Shown here: positions 51,454-59,907 of the stretch, in pieces
Position numbering within the stretch: the first letter of the stretch is position 1
Layout of the letters: every line of letters begins with the position of its first letter
Source: Octopus bimaculoides
Lineage: Eukaryota
NCBI RefSeq assembly: GCF_001194135.2
Contig: NC_068984.1
Span: 140,022,759 to 140,082,665, forward strand
Direction of reading: 5' to 3'
Length of the DNA: 59,907 nucleotides
The notes under the pieces: model-generated
What the model saw: only the letters and a program-made list of their open reading frames with translations
Database searches by the model: none
What the model was told of the DNA's origin: nothing
Made by a program: the position numbers and the translations under genes

Positions 51454-51827
51454 TATGTATATATTTGTTTGACATAATATCCAATAAAGATCGATACTTA
51501 TATATTTATACATAACGCTACATTTATTTATCTATTTATATGTGTACACACACACACGCACATACACACTCACACACACACACACATATTGACTGAAATG
51601 AATTCAAACCAAAAGGAGTGATATTTTGAAATTATTTAATATGAACGTCTCCGGTACGTAATATGTATAATAGGAAATCCATCCGCTACGTAAATCTTCC
51701 TCAGTAAAAACACTTCAAAGTATAAAGGAATTGATGGAAATATTTTAATATATAAGGTTAGAGCACTAAGTCGGGTACTATGTTAGGAGGAAGAATTTGT
51801 GGATGAGGAGGAAGAAGATGAGTAGAG

Positions 51828-51920
51828 GGAAATAAGTACCAGTTGAGTATTGGGTTCAATCTAATCGAATATCCCCTTCCCTAAATTTCAGGTCTTGTGT
51901 CTGTAGTAAGAAAGGATTAT
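51828..51920 (+). mobile_element. SINE type A short-tail fragment
   Basis: aaataagtaccagttgagtattgggttcaatctaatcga...aaatttcaggtcttgtgtct. Confidence 0.7.
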
Positions 51921-52070
51921 TATAACTTATACGACTCGGTGCAAATACAAACGAGCAAGGACAGATTCCACTTATATATACATTTATGTGTGTGAGTGTT
52001 GTATTTACATGTATGTATGCATATATTATATCACATTATATATATAAACAAACATACACGCACACATTCG

Positions 52071-52120
<50 letters not shown>

Positions 52121-52933
52121 ATGCGCTGTAAGTGAAGCACATAACCAAACTTCGGCCTCACTTGTATGTTCCACACTCCACTCATACTTCACTACATGTA
52201 TGTGTACACGTATATATGCAAGAGTGTGTATGCAAGTACAGATATAAATGTGTGTGTATATATAGTATATATATGTAATAGGAATATATATACATGTGTG
52301 TGCGTGCGTGTGTGTGTGTGTGTGTGTTTCACATCAACACTGAGGAATAAAATGTTTGCTGTACATATAAAATTGTCACATTATGGAATTTCATCCCGTG
52401 TAAAATTTATTAATGCGATCAATATAAAAATTACCCCATAAAGAAAATATTCCCTTTGAAGGTCACAGGTCAAAGCTTTGCTACTGATGCTTCGTGATTT
52501 GTGATGTATGTGTTATGTGCCTAAGTGAGGTAACACATATTTAATAAAAAAGCATAGCTATGTAAAGAGTTGAAGGAGTGAAGTAAATTTTTATGCACGA
52601 GGGAGTAAAGAATTATACCTTCCATTGCTATACATATTTTTCGTTGCATTCTCTACTTTCAATTTATTTCTTCACTAACAATAGTAAATATATTCCACTC
52701 GGAAGAAAGTTTCTTCCAAAAACATTAGACTTCTTCCCTTACTAACGGCATACAATATATTCTAAAGCTTCAAACTTCGTATTACAAATTGCCGGTGCTG
52801 CACATAGGTAGCTTCTTTGGATTTTACTGTTTTACAACATTGTAATCCCAAATTTATTGCTGTTGCAAATGAAAGAAAAAATAATTTTTATTCAACAGTA
52901 TGGAAATAATGGAGAGATGTATGTTTTATTATC

Positions 52934-53159
52934 GTCGTGGCACTCCGTCGGTTGCGACGACGAGGGTTCCAGTTGCTCCGATCAACGGAACAGCCTGCTC
53001 GTGAAATTAACGTGCAAGTGGCTGAGCGCTCCACAGACTCGTGTACCCTTAACGTAGTTCTCGAGGATATTCACCGTGACACGGTGTGACAAGGCTGACC
53101 CTTTGAATTACAGGCACAACAGAAACAGGAAGTAAGAGCGAGAGACAGTTGTGGTGACG
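52934..53159 (-). mobile_element. SINE type B 3' half, fused to a mariner relic
   Basis: cgtggcactccgtcggttgcgacg...gaattacaggcacaacagaaacaggaag...gttgtggtga. Confidence 0.92.
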
Positions 53160-53570
53160 ACACCATTGGCCCAATTTGCTGACTTTTCCGATGGCACGCA
53201 GGTGTCGTTGAATATTTGAAGTATCAAATCCAATTTCTCTGCTAGTTCCTCAACAGTTATGATGGGATTTTTTGCAGGATGTCCTCGTCGAGCTCTACAG
53301 ATCTTCCAAGGTGAGACTCTGGCTCTGAACTTCTGGAGCCACCGTTGACACTGGCTTCCGCTTATTGTCCAATCCCCATATACTGCATTAATATTCCTCG
53401 CACTTTCCGTTGCATTGTTGTCTTTCTTGAACTCATAAAGCAAAATATGCCGAATATGCACCTTTGTCACTTGAAAAAATAACTGCTAAAATCGAACTGC
53501 ACTTCTCAAAACTTGCACTAAGAAAATAATCAAGGTAAAATTACTACCTACTTTAATAGCAACTTGATGC
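53158..53570 (-). mobile_element. Mariner transposon 5' end (TIR plus N-terminal HTH), truncated at the WVPH motif
   Basis: KVHIRHILLYEFKKDNNATESARNINAVYGDWTISGSQCQRWLQKFR...ITVEELAEKL and, in another frame, GKVSKLGQWCRH (compare KLG.WVPH). TIR-like catcaagttgctattaaagtaggtag lies upstream. Confidence 0.88.
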
Positions 53571-53607
53571 AGGTAGTTTACTTCGTCTCCCTCCGACNNN
53601 NNNNNNN

Positions 53608-53675
<68 letters not shown>

Positions 53676-53751
53676 GTGTGTATTTATATATATATATTCA
53701 TATACCTATATATATATATACACATACACACATATATATAAATAGACACAC

Positions 53752-53783
<32 letters not shown>

Positions 53784-54062
53784 GTATATATATGTAAACA
53801 GATATATATATATGTTTGTATGTATGTATGTATGTACGTATGTATTCATGCATAAAATTAGCATTGGAAGCTATGGGGGTTTTTCAGTTAAGTTTCTTAT
53901 AGGGAAATAAAACCTCAGTTATGAGAAAAAGGTATGAAAATATCCTACTTGGCTCAGAGCCGTTTCTGTTGTATTTTGAGATTGTTTTGAGATTGTTTTG
54001 AGATTATACATACATACATACATACATACATACATACATACATACATACATACATACATAGC

Positions 54063-54242
54063 CATGATAAAACTCAGAGTTTCGGATGTCGGGGTGGAAA
54101 CTCGCGCCGCCAGCTCTTTTGTCTTAATAACGGAATAACGGTCAATCACACAGCAATTGCCCATTTTTTTTATGGCCACATAACTAAAGAGATGGCGGCG
54201 TGGGTTTCCGCCCCGACATCCGAAACTCTGAGTTTTATCATG
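54063..54242. mobile_element. Fold-back/MITE-like element with 57-bp inverted arms and a 66-bp spacer
   Basis: 54063-54119 versus the reverse complement of 54186-54242 shows 4 mismatches in 57. The left flank is (TACA)n and the right arm runs into the gap. Confidence 0.85.
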
Positions 54243-55299
54243 NNNNNNNNNNNNNNNNNNNNNNNNNNNNNNNNNNNNNNNNNNNNNNNNNNNNNNNNNN
54301 NNNNNNNNNNNNNNNNNNNNNNNNNNNNNNNNNNNNNNNNNNNNNNNNNNNNNNNNNNNNNNNNNNNNNNNNNNNNNNNNNNNNNNNNNNNNNNNNNNNN
54401 NNNNNNNNNNNNNNNNNNNNNNNNNNNNNNNNNNNNNNNNNNNNNNNNNNNNNNNNNNNNNNNNNNNNNNNNNNNNNNNNNNNNNNNNNNNNNNNNNNNN
54501 NNNNNNNNNNNNNNNNNNNNNNNNNNNNNNNNNNNNNNNNNNNNNNNNNNNNNNNNNNNNNNNNNNNNNNNNNNNNNNNNNNNNNNNNNNNNNNNNNNNN
54601 NNNNNNNNNNNNNNNNNNNNNNNNNNNNNNNNNNNNNNNNNNNNNNNNNNNNNNNNNNNNNNNNNNNNNNNNNNNNNNNNNNNNNNNNNNNNNNNNNNNN
54701 NNNNNNNNNNNNNNNNNNNNNNNNNNNNNNNNNNNNNNNNNNNNNNNNNNNNNNNNNNNNNNNNNNNNNNNNNNNNNNNNNNNNNNNNNNNNNNNNNNNN
54801 NNNNNNNNNNNNNNNNNNNNNNNNNNNNNNNNNNNNNNNNNNNNNNNNNNNNNNNNNNNNNNNNNNNNNNNNNNNNNNNNNNNNNNNNNNNNNNNNNNNN
54901 NNNNNNNNNNNNNNNNNNNNNNNNNNNNNNNNNNNNNNNNNNNNNNNNNNNNNNNNNNNNNNNNNNNNNNNNNNNNNNNNNNNNNNNNNNNNNNNNNNNN
55001 NNNNNNNNNNNNNNNNNNNNNNNNNNNNNNNNNNNNNNNNNNNNNNNNNNNNNNNNNNNNNNNNNNNNNNNNNNNNNNNNNNNNNNNNNNNNNNNNNNNN
55101 NNNNNNNNNNNNNNNNNNNNNNNNNNNNNNNNNNNNNNNNNNNNNNNNNNNNNNNNNNNNNNNNNNNNNNNNNNNNNNNNNNNNNNNNNNNNNNNNNNNN
55201 NNNNNNNNNNNNNNNNNNNNNNNNGAGACGCAGTTTAGGGCAGCTGTGTCAAATTCTCTTATACACCAGATGTGCCATCAAAACTCTTGATTGGACCAT

Positions 55300-55400
55300 G
55301 TCAGGTGGGGGAGAAGAGCCATGCAAGGAACGTGAAAATCACGGTGGTGCACCAGCATGACCGCAGCCACTTGGCTGAAACACATAAATAAATAAAAAAA
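55300..55400 (+). mobile_element. SINE 3' end sharing the type D-like tail
   Basis: ggtggtgcaccagcatgaccgcagccacttggctgaaacacataaataaataaaa; the upstream body differs from D. Confidence 0.6.
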
Positions 55401-55946
55401 TAAATATATATATATATATACATACATATATATGTATTATACATACGTACGTATGTATATATATTTGCATATATACTTATGTATGTGTATATATATATAT
55501 ATGTGTGTGTATATACATATGTATGTATATCCGTATATATGTATTTATATACATATATATTTATATATATGTCTATATATATATGTATTTACATATATAT
55601 TTATATATATATGTATGTGTGTATGTGTCTGTGCTCATAAATACACATGTTAAGATCTACAGATACTTCATTGTTGAATATATTCGGAATCTCTGGCGAT
55701 CACATTTCTACTGGAGTGTGTTTTAACATGGAAAATCGCTTAGAGCAACATAACAACCATTTTCCACCTTTAAACCACATGATTACTACATAATACAAAC
55801 AGTCGAACATATTGTATTTCACTGCATTGTGTTTTCAAAATCGATTTTGCTTTTCATAAAACAACACAGTAACAGAGAATGCAGATAATAGAAAATAGCG
55901 TTATACATACATGCAGACATACACCTACATATATATACATATATAC

Positions 55947-56359
55947 CTCTTTTATCTCTTTTACTTGTTTCAGTCATTTGACTGTGGCCATGCTGGAGCA
56001 CCGCCTGTAGTCGAGCAAATCGACCCCAGGACTCATTCTTTGTAAGCCTAGTACTTATTCTATCGGTCTCTTTTGCCGAACCGCTAAGTTACGGGGACGT
56101 AAACACACCAGCATCGGTTGTCAAACGATGTCGGCGGGACACACACACAAACATATACACACACGTACATATGTGTATGTGTGTGTGTGTGTGTGTACGA
56201 CGGGCTTCTTTCAGTTTCCATCTACCAAATCTACTCACAAGACTTTGGTCGGCCCGAGGCTATAGTAGAAGACACTTCCAAAGGTGCCACGCAGTGGGGC
56301 CGAACCCGGAACCATGTGGTTGGTAAGCAAGCTACTAACCACACAGCCACTCCTGCGCC
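55947..56359 (-). mobile_element. SINE type D, full length
   Basis: Complete tail, short central (TG) tract and complete head (...cacagccactcctgcgcc). Confidence 0.93.
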
Positions 56360-56786
56360 TTATCTATATAGTTATATCAGCCCGTATAATGGTCTTAATA
56401 GCTTGGTCTTTGTTTTTAAATTTAACTGACGAACAGGCAATAGGTGGTTGGACTTCACCACGTATTAGTAAGAAAATGATTGAAATTAAATGTTGGGCAC
56501 TTTATTATCATAAAAACTATTAATTAGCACTATAAACATAATTATTAAAAACTTTTATAATTACTTCAAAACTTTATGGTACCTTCACTCCCCCTTTTCA
56601 CTAAACCTATTAGTGTATCCCGTCATTCTTTATTTTATTTTATTTTTTTTTGTTACTTATCCACCCTGTTACCTCCATAGAAAAATTTACTCACCAATTA
56701 CTATTTTAAGTTTAGTCATTAAGGTATGATTTATACATATTCAGCCTTTCCATTCCCCCTCTAGGCTCTTTTCTTTTATGTATTTT

Positions 56787-56910
56787 TCCTCACTCTGATG
56801 AAGCTCCAAGTTCCAGATCGGTTTTATTACCAAATATGATCAATATTATTTTTTAGCATATCAATATCAATACCATAAAACAGGAACAGGAACAGCTGTT
56901 AGATGGGATG
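56787..56910 (+). mobile_element. Penelope-like terminal-repeat relic with a split hammerhead-like motif
   Basis: Perfect CTGATGA at 56795-56801 and GGAAC-AGCT-GTT-agatggga at 56889-56908 (palindromic loop III, with one A of the GAAAC replaced by G). Confidence 0.4.
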
Positions 56911-57002
56911 CAGTCTATTTGTAATGAATTAAAAAATAATAATTGAGGTAAGTCAATTGTTGTTGATCATATAATAAATTTTATATATATACATACACAC
57001 AC

Positions 57003-57057
<55 letters not shown>

Positions 57058-57989
57058 GAACCGTTAATCCCTACACATGTTTCCTCTCTCCATTGTTTCC
57101 CCCTCTTAGCCCTTTCTGTCGAAGACTTTTTCATGAGTACCTACAAATGGATCAGTGTAAAATATATTCTGAAGTTAATGATCACATGCTGTGCAGATAT
57201 CTACTACTACTACTACTACGACTCAATATTGCACTTTAAAACATTCCTTCTAAACCTGTATTCTTTGTGTCACGTTGGTGTTCAGACTTCGTATTCAACA
57301 GCACTTAATTAATCGGTTCTTTGTAAGTAGAACTGAGTAAAAGACTGTTTTAAGTATGATCAAACCCAAGACCTAGATACAAGGGAACCTCTAAAAAGTG
57401 TCTCAGCAGCTACGAAAATACTTCTAGCTCCATTTATTCTTGACACAAGCTTCTTTGTTTTTTTATATAAGTTTTGGTAATGAACCATTTACACAATCTG
57501 AATTAGGAAACATTTGTTTTGTTTTGTTTTTTTCGATCAGTAAGCCATACGACTGGAGTTTTAATTGTTCCTAATCAGACGCTGAAACGAAGACAGAATA
57601 AAAATGGAGCGATAAAGATTAGAAAATAAAATACGAAGGAAGATATTTTTCTCCTTGAAGGAACTCATTAAAAATAAAAAAAAGACGCAACACAATATCA
57701 TGAATGCGAAACTAACTAACTGGCAGTTTTTAGAATTCATGAAACGCTTGAAACGTTGTTTCGTTTTTTACGTATCCCGAACCAATATATAAGTATTAAT
57801 TGCAACTTGGTGCTAGTGAATCAGCTGCAGAATTCATTTACATATTGTTTTTTTTATCCAAATATTGAAGTGAACGTATATTTCTGATCTTTATATGGCT
57901 TAATTGATGGCAATTTGATACAAAACTATGACTCGCTTTCATTCACCGTTTGAAAAAGTTGACTTTCATTCGGAATCTTTTACCGTGTA

Positions 57990-58185
57990 TCTTTTACTTG
58001 TTTCAGTCAATGGATTACGGCCATGCTGGAGCAGCACCTTCAAGGGTTTTAGTCTAACACACTAATCGCAGTCGTGAATTGTTGTAAAGATTGACACTTA
58101 TTGTATTAATATCTTTTGAGACATAATGAAACCAAACCAACACTAGAGGACAAGCGATGGCGCTGTACAAACACAAGCTCAGACA
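57990..58185 (-). mobile_element. Old SINE type D 3' half
   Basis: tcttttacttgtttcagtcaatggattacggccatgctggagcagcacc...gacaagcgatggcg. Confidence 0.7.
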
Positions 58186-58199
58186 TACAGGGTACATAC

Positions 58200-58231
<32 letters not shown>

Positions 58232-58236
58232 ATACA

Positions 58237-58269
<33 letters not shown>

Positions 58270-58279
58270 NNNNNNNNNN

Positions 58280-58326
<47 letters not shown>

Positions 58327-58781
58327 CAGAGAGACAGGCAGACAGACAAACAGACACCTTGAACAAGTGACTCCTACTAAAGCTTGAAGCCTACCAATGA
58401 ATTATGAGTGAAATTATCGGCAATTCCAAACACGTTCCTGCATCTTTCAATCTCTTCAGTGGCGCATTGTTTTGCATCTATTTATCAGACCATAAATTCT
58501 CTTATATTCAGTATAGATAGAAAACAATACGGTTCTGTACAGTTTTATACTGCATCATGAACTAGTGTAGCTCCAGCTTGGGATTGGTTGCAGTTCATCT
58601 ATGATTTGTCTCAGTTTAAGTTGAAACAAATTTTATCTTACAAAACAAGCAGAGATTTCTTAAGGCCCGTACACCCAGTGTCAATGACGTGTCGGTGACG
58701 GAGACCACAAAATTCCCCATGAACGGGGCTTCATTCATTGCCAGATTTAGCGCCGGCGATTTTTGAGAGAAAGGTACAAGA

Positions 58782-58915
58782 CGATTATATCGAACTTTGT
58801 GCTTTGTTTTATTGAACCCGGAAGGGATGAAAGGCAAAGCTGACCTTGTCGGGATTTGAACTCAAAACATAAAGAGACGGAGGAATAAACGCCGTTAAAG
58901 ATTCAGCCCGCACGT
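58782..58915 (-). mobile_element. Old SINE type A fragment
   Basis: gaacccggaagggatgaaaggcaaagctgaccttgtcgggatttgaactc. Confidence 0.75.
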
Positions 58916-58919
58916 CGCC

Positions 58920-59151
58920 TCAACCATTTTCATACCAACACCTGCCCAGGAACACCCCTGCATCTATGATACAAACTTACAACTTTTAAGTGATCCAAAT
59001 TAAATCTTTTCATCAATGTTCCATGTTAATTTGTGTTTCAAACTGCGTATTAATAATGACAAAGTTATTTCACTAAATTCTTTATTATTTTCAAATTTAA
59101 TTGTAACAAAGGTAGTGTATTTCTAAAGAAAAATGGTAACAAAAGGTTTAA
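58920..59151. mobile_element. piggyBac-like MITE, about 230 bp, decayed
   Basis: Ends tcaaccattttcatacca... / ...tggtaacaaaaggtttaa resemble degenerate TTAA-CCCT...AGGG-TTAA termini. Confidence 0.5.
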
Positions 59152-59849
59152 TAAAGAATTTAAAGGGTATCAAATCTTACAGAATTGTTTGAAATCATAA
59201 ACAAAATTAAAAACAAAAACAGAGATGTGAGTTAGTTGCAAGCACAAACACTAATCAATATTTATGCCTGCTTCGATAACGAATTGAGGTTTTGTCTCTT
59301 CATACATATCATTTATTGTATTTATAGAGGAGCAACGTTAAAAATCGTAGCTTCCAGAAAACAATCAAAGTTTATATCAGTGTATGGAATGAATATTTGA
59401 AACATTATCTCGTTGCTGATATAAAGTCTGAAATAAAATAGAAGCCCCCCCCTGCAAGGATAAATGGCGGAAAACTTAATGGTTTTTATATGAAAGGAAA
59501 GGAGAAACTATTATAATGAGACAGAATGTAAATTAGAAGCAATGTGATATCTGAAGAATGGAGATAAGAGATGTTAGTTTAAAGGTTTACTGAAGTTTGG
59601 GATAAGCAGAAGCGATTCCTGGAAATTATAAGGAGAGATAGAAGGAATTGTTGAACCTATAAACAACATATTTGAGGAAGGAAATATGCAAGATTATAAT
59701 GAAATATTCTGGTTGGTATTTAGAAAAAAAAACACCGAGCCTTAAAATAAACTAACCTAAATATTTGTTGTTACGCTGTTGTATATTATTGAGTGAGAGA
59801 AAGAGAGAAAAGAGAGATTGTGAGAGAGAGAGAGAAAGAGAGAGAGACA

Positions 59850-59907
<58 letters not shown>

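Noticed and set aside
46267-56523. Recurrent peptides such as LPNPLTRLWS, GFGRPEAIVE and KVPRSG
   Set aside because: They are read-through of SINE type D.

Overview
This is AT-rich, repeat-dominated animal genomic DNA from a short-read draft assembly, with 18 N-gaps totalling about 6.5 kb, many of them adjoining microsatellites. The SINE set and compound (TA)n/(TG)n/(TACA)n tracts look like Octopus; that is inference from recalled repeat content, not a database result. I found no intact host gene or convincing exon, so the window is probably intergenic or deep intronic. Nearly every supplied ORF is a microsatellite read-through, a gap-spanning X run or a SINE read-through. The supportable content is: (1) four tRNA-derived SINE types, labelled A-D here, in about 30 copies or fragments; (2) decayed LINE fragments (HERO-like, R4/Dong-like, CR1-like, RTE-like); (3) DNA transposon relics (mariner, a DD37D/maT-like deletion derivative, a hAT-like 5' end, pogo/Tigger-like and piggyBac-like MITEs); (4) Penelope-type terminal-repeat relics with hammerhead-ribozyme-like motifs. 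The most interesting observations are four identical-position junctions where a SINE-A copy abuts another SINE-A copy lacking its first ~15 nt (possible self-targeting), a near-canonical minimal hammerhead inside an inverted-repeat-bounded insertion, a 57-bp fold-back element next to a gap, modular head/tail swapping among SINEs, and a hairpin-dense unexplained segment between two 58-bp direct repeats. I did not find a clear novel protein-coding system.
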